64,000 nucleotides of DNA from Candidatus Limnocylindrales bacterium (GTDB lineage Bacteria > Chloroflexota > Limnocylindria > Limnocylindrales > CSP1-4): assembly GCA_038319665.1 (NCBI GenBank), contig JBBQDL010000003.1, positions 11,129-75,128 on the forward strand. Direction: 5' to 3'. Positions 29,602 through 40,645 of the stretch are shown piece by piece (the stretch's first letter is position 1; every line of letters starts with the position of its first letter). The notes beneath the pieces are model-generated. The model did no database searches, was not told where the DNA came from, and was given only the letters and a program-made list of their open reading frames with translations. A program made the position numbers and the translations under genes.

Positions 29602-32600
29602 TCAGGACGAACGGGCCGTCGGCGCGCGGTCGAGCCCGAGCCTGACCGCGATCGCCGCGGCCTCGGTCCGCGTCTCCGCGCCGAGCTAGCCGAGGATGTG
29701 GGAGACATGGACGCCGGCCGTGCTCTCGCTGATGAACAGGTCGTCGCCGATCCGACGGTTGGTGTAGCCCTCGGCGACGAGGGCGAGGACTTCGCGTTCC
29801 CGCGCCGTGAGGCCGAACGGGTCGGCGGGCGTCGCGGGCGACGCTGCGGCGAGCGGCCCACCCGGCTCCGTTGAGGCGGGCGGCACCGGCGGCGCCTCCG
29901 CCACGGACCGAGTCAGATCGACCCGCAGACGCCGCGCGAGGCTCTCGATGCCGGCCGCCAGCAGCGGGGCGCCGATCCCTCGAGCGATCGCGTGCGCCTC
30001 GCGCAGCGGAGGGGCGGCCGCAGCGATCTCGCCCCGCCCCGCCAGGGCCTCGGCGGTGCGCCACCGCACGTAGGCCTGCCGGAACGGCGCATTCCGCGTC
30101 TCGATCGCCTGCTGCACGGCCTCCCAGTTGGCAGGGTCGTCCTCGCCGGCGGCGCGCGCGAGCTCGGCCGCACACAGGGCCATGCGCCAGCCGATCTCGT
30201 GCTTCGCGAGGGCGTCCTGGTTCGTCAAGCGTGTCGCCGCCGCCCGGTACCGCTCGATCACCTGGCCCGCCGCGGCGACGGCCGCTTTTGCGGCATCCCC
30301 ATTTCGTGCGGCCCGGGCCTTCACCGCCTGGTCGGCCGCGGCGTGGACGGCCGGGAGCACGAGCTGGCCCACGATGAGCGCGTCGTCCATCCCCACGACG
30401 CGGTCGAGGCCTTCGAGGGCGGTCGTGATGGCCGTGGCCGGGTCGCCCTCCCACAACGCGATCTCGGTCGCGACCGTGTAGAGATCGATCACGTACTGCG
30501 CGTCCGCGAGGTCGCCGGCCTCTGAGCGAGCGGCCTCGAAGCGGGCCCGTGCCTCGATCAGGTTGCCGAGGCGGACGGCAAGGATGGCGAACGCAAGGTA
30601 GAGCTGGATCGTCCAGATGCCCGGCAGGACCCGCGGCAGGTTGCCCTCGAGCAGTTCCGCCGCCGCGCGATACCGCCCGAGCTCGATGAGCGAGGTCGCA
30701 GCGTTCACCTCGAGGAAGGTCCGGAACCCGAGGACATTGCCGTAGCGGTCGATGCTTTGCGTGCCGGCCAGCGAGACTTCGACCGCTTCTTCGTCGAAGC
30801 CGCCCATCTCGAGCACGGTCGAGAGGTTCGCGTGCCCGCGCGGGATCAACGACGGGTCGGCGACGGGATCGGCGATCGCGAGCGACTGTCGCAAGAGGTC
30901 GATCCCGCCCCCGATGTCGCCGAGGGCCGCTCGGTCGACACCGAGGACGTTCAGGGCACGCGACTCGATCCCGCGAGCGCCGATCGTTCGGGCGCTCTCG
31001 ATGGCACGCTCAGCGAACGGCAGCGATTCCGTGGAGCGCCCGGCGAGCATGAGGTTGGCCGACAGGCCGGCCAGGGCCCGGGCCTGGGCGAAGGTCGGCG
31101 GTGAGTCGGCGAGCAGTGCGACGGCTTCCTCGAGGAGCTTGATCGAGGTCGCCGTATCGCCCGCCAGCATGGCCGCGAAGCCGAGGCGGTCGCGCGCCCG
31201 CGCCCGCCGCTCCAGGTCGCCGTCGGCCTCGGCGGCGCCGTCGATCAGCTCGATCGCCCGTCGGGCCAGGTTGATCCCCCGGGTGGCGTCACCAGCGAGC
31301 GTGGCCGCGGCGCCGGCGGCGTCGTACAGGTCGCCGAGATCGTGGCCGGCCGGTCGGTCGGTCGCCGGGACGTCGTCCCACAGGTCGATCGCCCGCTCGA
31401 ACTGTCGCGCCGCCTCCGCATACGCATACACGCTCAGTGAGGCGTCGCCGGCCGCGATCGTCGCGTCCAGCGCGCGCTTCGGATCGTGGGCTGCCATCCA
31501 GTGGTGGGCAAGCTCCACGAGTCGGCTTGCCGACGCCGCCCCGCCACCGCCCGGCCGCGCCGCGATGGCGCTCGCGTAGGCACCATGCAGCCGGCGTCGT
31601 TCGGCGGGCAGTAATTCGTCGTAGGCGGCTTCCTGCGACAGCGCGTGACGGAAGCGATAGCGCTCCTCGGTCTGGTCTCGATCGACGACGAGGAGCTGCG
31701 CCGCGACCGCTTCGTGGAGCGCCGCGACCAGCTCGGTCTCGGTCAGGCCGCACACGTCGGCGAGCACCTCGTGGTCGACCTCGCGGCCGGCCACGGCGGC
31801 GATCTGCACGAGGCGCTGGGCGCTCTCGGATGCGGCCGTGAGGCGCACCAGGAGGACGTCGCGGAGGGTCTCGGGCAGGCGTTCGCGCCGGGCGCCGGTC
31901 GCATCGAAGGCGGCGACGAGCTCCTCGGCGAAGAAGGCGTTGCCATCCGATCGCCGGGCGATGGAGTCGACCCACGATGGGCTGGGTCGCTCACCGCTGA
32001 TCCCGGTCAGGAGCTCGACCAGTTCCGAGCGCTCGAAGCGCCCGACATCGACACGTTCGACGCGTGGTTGCCGTTCAGCCTCGGCCAACCACGGCGTCAA
32101 GGGGTGCCGACGGTGCAGCTCGTCGGTCCGGAAGGTCGCGAGGATGAGCAGCCGCTCGTCGCGGCCGTTGCGGGCGAGATAGGCAAGCAGGTCGCGTGTC
32201 GAGCGATCGGCCCAATGGAGGTCCTCGATCACGAGCAGGACGGGACTGGTCTCGCCCAGGCGGCCAAGGAGTCGCAGGAGGCCATCGAAGATGCGGACCT
32301 GGAGCCACTCCGACTGCGGGGTCGGACCGGGCGCTTGTCCGTCGGTGCTCGACAGCTCCGGAACGAGACGCGCCAGCTCGGGAAGGCTGGGTCCGGCCGC
32401 GGCGGCGATCCGCTCGGGGTCGACGTCGCGGACGAGGGCCCGCAGGGCTTCGACGATCGGCCCGTAGGGAAGGCCCTCGTCACCGAGGGCCACCGTCCCG
32501 CCCTCGAGGACGAGCCAGCCGCGATCGCGCAGCGCGCCCGCAGCCTCGGCGACCAGCCGGCTCTTGCCGACTCCCGCCTCGCCGCCGACCAGGACGAGTG

Positions 32601-32697
32601 TGGCCTGGCCGGACATGACGGTGTCGGCCGCGGCGAGGAGCGTCTGGAGCTCGTTCGCGCGGCCGACGAAGACGGGGCTGGAGAGCCGCCGGACCAT
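29602..32697 (-). pseudogene. Large AAA-ATPase/TPR/LuxR-HTH regulator (MalT/LAL type) with an in-frame TAG at 29686-29688 inside the HTH
   Basis: FVGR, GEAGVGKS, IEDLHWAD, GNAFFAEEL, FRHAL; C-terminus GLTAREREVLALVAEGYTNRRIGDDLFISESTAGVHVSHILG*LGAETRTEAAAIAVRLGL...TGA at 29602-29604. Confidence 0.8.
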
Positions 32698-32761
32698 GAA
32701 CCGAATGATAGAGCCGGCTGTCGCCCCTCCTTCCCCAGGGAAGGGCGACAGCCATTCGGGG

Positions 32762-32998
32762 TCATACGCCGGACGGGCCTGTCAACTGCGAGGTCCCGCT
32801 GGGACCGGCGGAGCGGAGGTTGATCGTCGCCGAAGCGACCGTGCGGAGGACACGGACCAGGCCGCTGATGCCGCCCCGGGCGAGGCCTGGTCGCTGCTCC
32901 CCGCCTTCGCGGGCCGCGCGTTCGAGTGCGCGCTGCGCCAGCGCCCGCTCGCGATCCTGCTCGATGAGCCAGAGGTAGGAGTCGGGATGCATGTACAC
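32762..32998 (-). CDS. Small hypothetical protein upstream of the LuxR-AAA regulator
   Basis: SD AGGAG then GTG-TAC-ATG ([28 protein letters not shown]); -10-like TAGCGT upstream. Confidence 0.55.
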   Translation of the reverse strand: MYMHPDSYLWLIEQDRERALAQRALERAAREGGEQRPGLARGGISGLVRVLRTVASATINLRSAGPSGTSQLTGPSGV

Positions 32999-33231
32999 GG
33001 CGGGTTTCTCCTTTTGCGATTCGGCCCCGGGGCCCGAGGTCGTTGATGACACGCTACGAGCGGGCGAGGGCCGCGCACATCGAGCGTTCTGCGCATGCGC
33101 GCGAGGCGGAGCCCTTCATTTCGAGCCGCTTCCGCGACGGCGACCCTTTACCCGAGGGCCGGGTGCTTTGTGTCGATCCGCCATTCGAACATCCGTGCGA
33201 TATGGTCTCGCGCGTGCTAGACTCACGGTCG

Positions 33232-34329
33232 ATGGCGGACGAACTCTCTCGCATCCTTTCGGCGGACCTCGAGGACGAAGGCGACCTCGTGATCGAGGGC
33301 ACCCTGCGGCCGCGCACGCTCGACGAATACATCGGCCAGCGCGAGGTCAAGGCAAACCTGTCTGTGCTGCTGACGGCGGCCAAGGGGAGGGGAGAGGCTG
33401 CCGACCACGTCCTCCTCTACGGCCCGCCCGGCCTGGGCAAGACGACCCTCGCGACCATCATCGCGCGCGAGTTGGGTGTCAACGTCAAGTACGCCTCGGG
33501 CCCGGCAATCGAGCGCGCCGGCGACCTCGCCGCGATCCTCACCTCGCTCGAGGAGCGCGACGTCCTGTTCATCGACGAGATCCATCGCCTCAACCGGGCG
33601 GTCGAGGAGATCCTCTATCCGGCGATGGAGGACTACGCGCTCGACGTCATGATCGGCAAGGGCCCATCCGCCCGATCGCTCCGCCTCAGCCTGAAGCCGT
33701 TCACCATCGTCGGCGCCACGACCCGGGCGGGCCGGATCAGCGGACCGCTGCGCGACCGGTTCGGGGCGACCTATCGGCTCGACTTTTACACCGATGAAGA
33801 GCTGGCGGCGATCGTCGAACGCTCGGCGGTGATCCTGAGCGTCGGGATCGACGATGCGGCCATCCGTGCCATCGCGCGACGCGGCCGAGGTACTCCACGC
33901 ATCGTCAACCGTCTCCTCAAGCGCGTCCGCGACCACGCCCAGGTCCACGGCGACGGGCATGTCGACGAGGCGACCGCGACCGCCGCGATGCGCGCCATGG
34001 AGATCGACGACGAGGGCCTCGACTCGACCGACCGCAAGCTGCTGGCTGCGATCGTCCAGAAATTCGCCTCCGGGCCGGTCGGGGTGGCCGCGCTCGCCGC
34101 GGTTCTCTCTGAAGAGGTCGAGACGATCGAGGACGTCTACGAGCCCTTCCTGCTCCGGCTCGGGTTCCTGGACCGTACGCCCCAGGGTCGGATCGCCACC
34201 GACCTCGCCCGCGCCCACCTGTCGGGGCTCGGCTACGAGATCCCGCCGCCGCGCCGCACCGAACCCGGGATGCCCGGGCTATGGGACCTGCCGGCCGTCG
34301 TCGACCCGCCGGAGGCGACCGGCGCATGA
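33232..34329 (+). CDS. ruvB: Holliday junction branch migration helicase RuvB
   Basis: [49 protein letters not shown]. Confidence 0.97.
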   Translation: MADELSRILSADLEDEGDLVIEGTLRPRTLDEYIGQREVKANLSVLLTAAKGRGEAADHVLLYGPPGLGKTTLATIIARELGVNVKYASGPAIERAGDLAAILTSLEERDVLFIDEIHRLNRAVEEILYPAMEDYALDVMIGKGPSARSLRLSLKPFTIVGATTRAGRISGPLRDRFGATYRLDFYTDEELAAIVERSAVILSVGIDDAAIRAIARRGRGTPRIVNRLLKRVRDHAQVHGDGHVDEATATAAMRAMEIDDEGLDSTDRKLLAAIVQKFASGPVGVAALAAVLSEEVETIEDVYEPFLLRLGFLDRTPQGRIATDLARAHLSGLGYEIPPPRRTEPGMPGLWDLPAVVDPPEATGA

Positions 34330-35501
34330 CCGCCACGTATGCCGGGCGCGCCTCCCGTTTCGAGATCACGACCCCACCGCCGGCCGACGGCTCGACCCGC
34401 GCCCGGACCGGGCGGCTGACGCTGACCCATGGCGTCGTCGAGACGCCGCAGTTCATGCCGGTCGGCACGAATGCCACGGTCAAGGCGCTCTCACCCGACG
34501 ACATCCGCGAGGTCGGCGCCTCGATCATCCTCGCCAACACGTACCACCTCTACCTGCGTCCCGGGCATGAGCGCATCGCGCGCCTCGGCGGCTTGCACAG
34601 GTTCATGGACTGGGACGGCCCGATCCTCACCGATTCGGGCGGCTTCCAGGTCGTCTCGCTCGGCGACCTGCGGGTGGTCGACGACGACGGCGTCACGTTC
34701 CGGAGCCATCTCGACGGGTCGCTCCACCGGTTCACCCCGGAGGTCGCGATCGAGGTCCAGGAGGCGCTCGGCTCGGACATCGCGGTCGCCTTCGACCAGC
34801 CGGTCTTCCCGAGCTCGCCCCGCGCGGTCGTCGCGGACGCCACCGAGCGGACCCATCGCTGGGCGGGACGGTCACTGGCGGCGCACACGCGCACGGACCA
34901 GGCGATCTTCGGCATCGTCCAGGGCGGGCTCGAACCAGACCTGCGGGCAGACTCGACACGAACCATCGCGTCGATGCCATTCGACGGGATCTGCATCGGC
35001 GGCCTGGCCGGCGACGAGACCCCTGAGCAGCGCGATGCGGCCCTCGACGTCTCGATCTCATTGCTCGCGGAGGACCCGCGGCCGCGCTATCTGATGGGGT
35101 TGGGGTCGCCGGCTGACCTGCTCGAGGCCGTCCACCGGGGCGTGGATCTCTTCGATTCGGTGCTGCCCGCCCGGGTCGCGCGGAACGGCCAGTTCTGGGT
35201 CCCGGGCGGCCGGCTCAACATCCGAAATCAGCGCTTCATGGACGACCCGGCGCCGATCCAGGACGACTGTCCGTGCCTCGCCTGTCGACGCTTCTCACGT
35301 GCCTACCTGGCCCATCTCTTCCGGGCCAAGGAGCTCCTCGCCTACCGTCTCGCGACTTGTCACAACCTGACCTTCACCCTAGACTTCATGGTCAGGATCC
35401 GAGCCGCGATCGGGGCCGGAACCTTCCCCGCATCGATGTCCGAACTGCGTCTTCGCGCGGGTCGGGTAAGTGGCGGTGAAGTCGCCGAGAAGTCGGCGTG
35501 A
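34326..35501 (+). CDS. tgt: tRNA-guanine transglycosylase
   Basis: [49 protein letters not shown], CxCxxC...HN zinc site. Confidence 0.95.
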   Translation: MTATYAGRASRFEITTPPPADGSTRARTGRLTLTHGVVETPQFMPVGTNATVKALSPDDIREVGASIILANTYHLYLRPGHERIARLGGLHRFMDWDGPILTDSGGFQVVSLGDLRVVDDDGVTFRSHLDGSLHRFTPEVAIEVQEALGSDIAVAFDQPVFPSSPRAVVADATERTHRWAGRSLAAHTRTDQAIFGIVQGGLEPDLRADSTRTIASMPFDGICIGGLAGDETPEQRDAALDVSISLLAEDPRPRYLMGLGSPADLLEAVHRGVDLFDSVLPARVARNGQFWVPGGRLNIRNQRFMDDPAPIQDDCPCLACRRFSRAYLAHLFRAKELLAYRLATCHNLTFTLDFMVRIRAAIGAGTFPASMSELRLRAGRVSGGEVAEKSA

Positions 35502-35543
35502 AGGATCGATCGGTAGTCTGCAAGACGACGCGGAGGCGAAGCG

Positions 35544-35708
35544 ATGGGCTCTCGAGACCGGCCCCACAAAGAGGCCAAGAAGAAGCCGAAGGCGAAGAGC
35601 GCCCAACCCAGTCTCTCGCCGCTGTCGGAGCCACCGCAGAACGTCGAGGTGATCCGCAAGCCGCGCAAGGAACGCCAGGTCGTCGAGGACGACGCGGAGG
35701 AAGGCTGA
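35544..35708 (+). CDS. Small 54-aa basic/acidic protein (not in the ORF track)
   Basis: GGAGG SD at 35532-35536; [54 protein letters not shown]; GC3-rich codons; fills the tgt-recA gap. Confidence 0.7.
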   Translation: MGSRDRPHKEAKKKPKAKSAQPSLSPLSEPPQNVEVIRKPRKERQVVEDDAEEG

Positions 35709-35775
35709 TCGATCGGCGGAGCCAGCGTCCGCTCCGGCGAGCGGTCCGATGGATCGGATGAGGAGCGTGACGGAC

Positions 35776-36831
35776 ATGGCGATGACGGAAGAACGAGCGG
35801 ACGAACGGAACACCGCGGAGCGGGGGAAGGCGGTCGATGCCGCCCTGGCCTCGATCGAGAAGCAGTTCGGGCGCGGCGCGATCATGAAGCTCGGGTCGCG
35901 CGAGAAGCTCGTGCTGGACACGATCCCGACCGGCTCGATCGCGCTCGACCTGGCGCTCGGCGTCGGTGGCATCCCGCGTGGCCGGATCACGGAGATCTTC
36001 GGCCCGGAATCGTCGGGCAAGACCACGGTCTGCCAGCACGTTCTCGCCGAAGCGCAAGCGCGTGGCGGCGTTGTCGCCTTCATCGACGTCGAGCACGCGC
36101 TCGATCCCGGGTATGCCCGCGCGTGCGGCGTCAATGTCGACGAGCTTCTGGTCAGCCAGCCCGACACGGGCGAGCAGGCGCTCGAGATCACCGAGACGTT
36201 GATCCGCTCCGGCGGCATCGATTGCGTCGTGGTCGACTCTGTCGCCGCCCTCGTCCCGCGCGCCGAGATCGAAGGCGAGATGGGCGACAGCTTCATGGGC
36301 GTCCAGGCCCGGCTCATGAGCCAGGCCCTGCGCAAGCTGACCGGCGCGGTCTCGCGCTCGAACACCGCGCTCATCTTCACCAACCAGTTGCGCGAGAAGA
36401 TCGGGGTGATGTTCGGCAACCCGGAGACCACGCCCGGTGGCCGGGCGATGAAGTTCTACGCCTCGGTCCGGCTCGACATCCGGCGGATCGAGACGATCAA
36501 GACGGGGACCGAGTCGGTCGGCAACCGCTGCCGGGTCAAGGTCGTGAAGAACAAGGTGGCGGCGCCGTTCCGCGTGGCCGAATTCGACATCATGTACGGC
36601 GAGGGGATCTCCAAGGAGGGCGGCCTGCTCGACGTCGGGGTGGCGATGGACACGGTAACCAAGACCGGGGCGTGGTTCACGTTCGGCGAGACGCGGCTCG
36701 GCCAGGGTCGCGAGGCCTCCAAGGACTTCCTCAAGTCGAACCCGGCGGTGGCGCAGGAGATCGACCGGCTGATCCGGGCCAAGATCAACGACGTCTCGAT
36801 CCCGGTCGAGGGCATCGCCGAGGCAGAGTGA
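35776..36831 (+). CDS. recA: Recombinase RecA
   Basis: [57 protein letters not shown]; SD AGGAG. Confidence 0.98.
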   Translation: MAMTEERADERNTAERGKAVDAALASIEKQFGRGAIMKLGSREKLVLDTIPTGSIALDLALGVGGIPRGRITEIFGPESSGKTTVCQHVLAEAQARGGVVAFIDVEHALDPGYARACGVNVDELLVSQPDTGEQALEITETLIRSGGIDCVVVDSVAALVPRAEIEGEMGDSFMGVQARLMSQALRKLTGAVSRSNTALIFTNQLREKIGVMFGNPETTPGGRAMKFYASVRLDIRRIETIKTGTESVGNRCRVKVVKNKVAAPFRVAEFDIMYGEGISKEGGLLDVGVAMDTVTKTGAWFTFGETRLGQGREASKDFLKSNPAVAQEIDRLIRAKINDVSIPVEGIAEAE

Positions 36832-37457
36832 CTGGCGAGCGCGGGGAGGCGGCGGGCGGCGCGGGCCCAGGCGGCGCGGGCCAAGGGCGTCATCGCGCGA
36901 CCTTCGCCGAGCGACGCGAGCGTCGGGCGGCCATCGATGACCCGACGCTCGTCCTCGAGGCCGCCGCCCGGTTCCTCGAGCCACGGGCCAAGTCCGTCAC
37001 CGAAGTTCGGCGGCGCCTGACCGGGGCCGGCTACCGGCCTGACCTGGTCGACGGTGCCATCGCGCGCATGCTCGAGCTGGCGATGCTCGACGATGAGGCC
37101 TTTGCCCGGGCCTGGATCGAGTCGCGCGACCGGGTGCGACCTCGCGGCGAGCGGGCGATCCGCCAGGAACTCGCTCTCAAGGGCGTCGACCGCACGACGG
37201 TCGATCTCGTGCTCGCCGAACGTCGCGAAGCGGTCGCCGGCCTCGCGAACGAGGAGGGCGTCACGCTTTCACCCGATCACGTGGCGGCCGAGCGACTCAT
37301 CGCCCGGAACGCCCGGACCCTCGCACGCGTCGCCGACCCGCGCCAGCGCCGCCAGCGCGCGTACGCCTTGCTCGCGCGGAACGGCTTCGATCCAGAGGTC
37401 TGCCGGACGGTGGCGGCGGGCGTGGATGAGGCACCGATCGATACCGAGGAGGATTGA
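36828..37457 (+). CDS. recX: Regulatory protein RecX
   Basis: GTGA overlap with recA; [40 protein letters not shown]. Confidence 0.9.
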   Translation: MTGERGEAAGGAGPGGAGQGRHRATFAERRERRAAIDDPTLVLEAAARFLEPRAKSVTEVRRRLTGAGYRPDLVDGAIARMLELAMLDDEAFARAWIESRDRVRPRGERAIRQELALKGVDRTTVDLVLAERREAVAGLANEEGVTLSPDHVAAERLIARNARTLARVADPRQRRQRAYALLARNGFDPEVCRTVAAGVDEAPIDTEED

Positions 37458-37519
37458 GGGAGCGGCCAGATTCGCGGTCGATCCTGAGCCCACAGCCGCA
37501 GCGGGATGTGCCTGTTGCC

Positions 37520-37897
37520 TCAGAGGTTCATCGCGACGCGGATCACGGCTGGGCCTACCAGTACACACGCCATCGCGATCCCCCATGCGATCAGCGCGAG
37601 CAGGAGCCATGCGATCTGCCGTGTTCTGGTGCGTCCGGACGGCGTGCGAGCGACCTCGATCCAGTCACGAGCGATCTGGGACCGTAGGTTGGCATGTGCA
37701 GCGAGTAGATCCCGTCCTCTGCCCTCGGTGACACCCCGAGTCTCTCCGATCCGATAGGCGACGCGGAGCGCGACCTCGTCATTTATCTCGACGCCGAGAT
37801 CTTCGAACTTCACGAACGGCCCGACAAGCTCCCGGCAGTCGATCAGGATCCGATCAACGTATTCCAGATCCGAGTCGGTGAGGATGCCACTCGACAT
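37520..37897 (-). CDS. Hypothetical protein with C-terminal TM helix
   Basis: 125-aa ORF; TAGCAT 6 nt before ATG; hydrophobic tail IAWLLLALIAWGIAMACVLVGPAVI. Confidence 0.55.
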   Translation of the reverse strand: MSSGILTDSDLEYVDRILIDCRELVGPFVKFEDLGVEINDEVALRVAYRIGETRGVTEGRGRDLLAAHANLRSQIARDWIEVARTPSGRTRTRQIAWLLLALIAWGIAMACVLVGPAVIRVAMNL

Positions 37898-37947
37898 GTC
37901 GGGATGCTAGGCCGACCTCCGGCTCAGTTCAACCCACGCCGCGTTCG

Positions 37948-38010
37948 GTGACCCTGGGGAGTGCCCGCCGATCAAGAAGTCCGGGAAGTCCATCCCGCTC
38001 GACGAGTCAC
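37948..38010 (+). repeat. Degenerate, internally deleted duplicate of the rny promoter/leader
   Basis: 37948-37970 matches 38340-38362 (21/23); 37970-38010 matches 38424-38464 (37/41). Confidence 0.8.
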
Positions 38011-38020
38011 GAGGAAATGC

Positions 38021-38049
38021 ACGAGGCGGGCCCGGCGGGCCCGCCTCGT
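38021..38049. terminator. Perfect 13-bp GC hairpin, possible terminator or processing site
   Basis: ACGAGGCGGGCCC-GGC-GGGCCCGCCTCGT; no clear U-tract. Confidence 0.45.
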
Positions 38050-38339
38050 CCTGACTGTGGTTTGCTCGCCTTTAGCTCATCGCTCTCGGCGGGTCGACCT
38101 ATCGAGCTTACGCCCGCGGCTACCTGTGGGCCTTCTTTGGCCCGTGGCCCCTGTTGCCTTTGTCGGCACCTGGAGGAGCCGTGGTCACAGTGGGTGCGGT
38201 GGAAGCAGCCGGAGTCGTCGGGGCCACGCCGGCCTTGTGGGTCGAGTGCCCGTGGCCCGAGGGCGCGGTGTGGGCCTTGACGGCGGGCGCCGCGTGGGCG
38301 CTTGCGGAGTTCGTCCAGGCGAGAGGCCGCCGTCCTCGG

Positions 38340-38368
38340 TTGACCCTCGGGAGTGCCCGCCGTAGGCT
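38340..38368 (+). promoter_or_regulatory. Sigma70-type promoter of rny
   Basis: TTGACC, 17 nt spacer, TAGGCT; about 150 nt upstream of ATG 38518. Confidence 0.65.
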
Positions 38369-38517
38369 ACGCAACAGACGTACCACGCGCCATTCCGACG
38401 CACGCATCACAGCTGTGGCCCCCGATCGAGAATCCCGGGAAGTCCATCCCGCTCGACGAGCCACCTACGGCATCACGCACGTCCGACCCGCAATCGGTCG
38501 GATGGGAGGAACAGAAT

Positions 38518-40047
38518 ATGGATCCCGTGATCATCCTGGCGGTGGCCGTGGTGGCCGCCGTCGGCGGAGCCGTCGTTGGCGTCTTCGTCCGGAGTCTCTG
38601 GGCTTCCCAGACGATGAAGGCGGCGACGTCCGAGGCGCGCCGCATCGAAGCCGAAGCCCGCGCCCGCCAGAAGGAGCTCATCCTCGAGGCCAAGGACGAG
38701 AAGCTCCGCATGGGGCGTGAGGCCGAAGAAGAGGCGCGCGCTCGTCGAGCGGAACTCTCGAGCCTGGAGAGTCGCTTGCTCCAGCGCGACGAGCAGCTCG
38801 ATCAACGCAGCGACATGCTCGAACAGCGCGACCGCAAGCTGATCGACCGTGAGCGCGAGCTGGACAAGACCCGCGAGGACGTCGCCCGAGCACACGGCGA
38901 GCAGGTCGCCGCCCTCGAAAGCGTCGCCAACATGAGCGCCGAGGATGCGAAGGGCATCCTCATCGAGGCGGTCCGCGAGGAGGCCGAGCACGACGCGGTC
39001 AAGATCGCCCGGGCCATCGAGCGGAGCGCTCGCGAGGACGCCCAGGACAAGGCCCGCGACATCGTGATCACGGCCATCCAGCGCGTCGCGGCCGACCATA
39101 CGGCCGAACACACCGTCTCGGTCGTCCATCTGCCATCCGATGAGATGAAGGGCCGGATCATCGGCCGCGAGGGCCGCAACATCCGGGCCCTCGAGCAGGC
39201 GACCGGGATCGACCTGATCATCGACGACACCCCCGAGACCGTGATCCTGTCGGGCTTCGATCCCGTCCGCCGCGAGATCGCCCGCCTGGCGATCACCAAG
39301 CTCATCGCCGACGGCCGCATCCACCCCGGCCGCATCGAGGAAGTCGTGACCAAGGCCCGCGCTGAGGTCGACGCGATCATGCGCCAGGCCGGCGAACAGG
39401 CGGCCTACGACGCGAGCGTGCCCGGTCTTCCGGCGGACATCATCAAGACCCTCGGCCGCCTCAAGTTCCGGACGAGCTACGGCCAGAACGTCCTGAACCA
39501 CTGCGTCGAAACCAGCCACCTCGCCGCCGTCATCGCGGCCGAGATCGGGGCCGATGTCCAGGTCGCCAAGATGGGCGGCCTGCTCCACGACATCGGCAAG
39601 GCAGTCGACCACGAGGTCGAGGGCCCGCACGCCGCCATCGGCGCCTCGATCGCCCAGCGCCACAACCTCTCGCCCAAGGTCATCAACGCGATCGCGGCCC
39701 ATCACCAGGAAGTCGAATACACGTGCCTGGAGGCGCCCATCGTCCAGATCGCCGACGCGATCAGCGCCTCGCGACCGGGCGCCCGCGGCGAATCGATGGA
39801 CACCTACGTCAAGCGGCTCGAGGATCTCCAGGCGATCGCCGAGAGCTTCACCGGCGTCGAGCGCTCGTTCGCGGTGCAGGCCGGTCGCGAGGTCCGCATC
39901 CTCGTCCGCCCCGAGGAGATCGACGACCTCACCGCGAGCCGCCTCGCGCGAGACATCGTCAAGAAGATCGAGGAGCAGCTGACCTATCCGGGTCAGATCA
40001 AGGTGACGGTCATCCGGGAGACGCGCGCCGTCGAGTACGCCAAGTAG
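38518..40047 (+). CDS. rny: Ribonuclease Y
   Basis: N-terminal TM helix, coiled coil, KH domain ([17 protein letters not shown]), HD domain (LLHDIGKA), AVQAGREVR. Confidence 0.97.
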   Translation: MDPVIILAVAVVAAVGGAVVGVFVRSLWASQTMKAATSEARRIEAEARARQKELILEAKDEKLRMGREAEEEARARRAELSSLESRLLQRDEQLDQRSDMLEQRDRKLIDRERELDKTREDVARAHGEQVAALESVANMSAEDAKGILIEAVREEAEHDAVKIARAIERSAREDAQDKARDIVITAIQRVAADHTAEHTVSVVHLPSDEMKGRIIGREGRNIRALEQATGIDLIIDDTPETVILSGFDPVRREIARLAITKLIADGRIHPGRIEEVVTKARAEVDAIMRQAGEQAAYDASVPGLPADIIKTLGRLKFRTSYGQNVLNHCVETSHLAAVIAAEIGADVQVAKMGGLLHDIGKAVDHEVEGPHAAIGASIAQRHNLSPKVINAIAAHHQEVEYTCLEAPIVQIADAISASRPGARGESMDTYVKRLEDLQAIAESFTGVERSFAVQAGREVRILVRPEEIDDLTASRLARDIVKKIEEQLTYPGQIKVTVIRETRAVEYAK

Positions 40048-40162
40048 CGTCGATCGGCGGCAGACGTCGCCAGCGGGCCACCACCCGATCGCAAACGGGC
40101 TCGAATGACACCTCGGCCGTGCGCGACCGTGCGTTTTGACCCGGCTCGTCGTGTATGTAGGT

Positions 40163-40645
40163 GTGACCACCCAGATGGCGATGACCGGCTCGACTGATTA
40201 CGCCTATGACCGCGCCTTCGAGGCGCACTGGTCGGATGTCTTCCGCTTCGCTCTGGCGTGGACCAATGACTGGGCCGAGGCGGAAGACCTCACCCAGGAG
40301 GCCTACCTGCGGCTGTGGAACCACCGCCGCCAACTCGATTGGGATCGGCCGGTTCTCCCGTGGCTGCTCGTCACGGTGCGCCGCCTGGCCACGGACCGAT
40401 TCCGAAGGATCCGTCGACGCCTGCTGGCGGCACCGGAACCCGCGTCGCTCGATGCGGCGGTGCAGGCACGCTGGCTCGACGTCCAGGTCGCGATGACCCA
40501 CCTCTCGCCGCTCGAGCGGTCGGCGCTGGTCATGACCGCCATCGAAGGTGCCACCTATGAAGAAGCCGCGGTCGTGCTTGCCACGACGGCGGGCGCGCTT
40601 CGCGCGGCCGTGAGCCGCGCCCGAACGAAGTTGGAGACAGCCTGA
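40163..40645 (+). CDS. ECF (sigma-70 family group 4) RNA polymerase sigma factor
   Basis: Region 2 AEDLTQEAYLRLW, region 4 LSPLERSALVM...TYEEAA...AVSRAR; start uncertain (40136, 40163 or 40175). Confidence 0.88.
   Translation: MTTQMAMTGSTDYAYDRAFEAHWSDVFRFALAWTNDWAEAEDLTQEAYLRLWNHRRQLDWDRPVLPWLLVTVRRLATDRFRRIRRRLLAAPEPASLDAAVQARWLDVQVAMTHLSPLERSALVMTAIEGATYEEAAVVLATTAGALRAAVSRARTKLETA

Noticed and set aside
29686-29688. Pyrrolysine or genome-wide TAG recoding
   Set aside because: TAG ends several conserved genes at their expected positions, and no pyl genes are present in the window
37900-38517. 6S RNA upstream of rny
   Set aside because: I could not fold a long rod with a central bubble; only local hairpins are evident. 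An Rfam search would settle it
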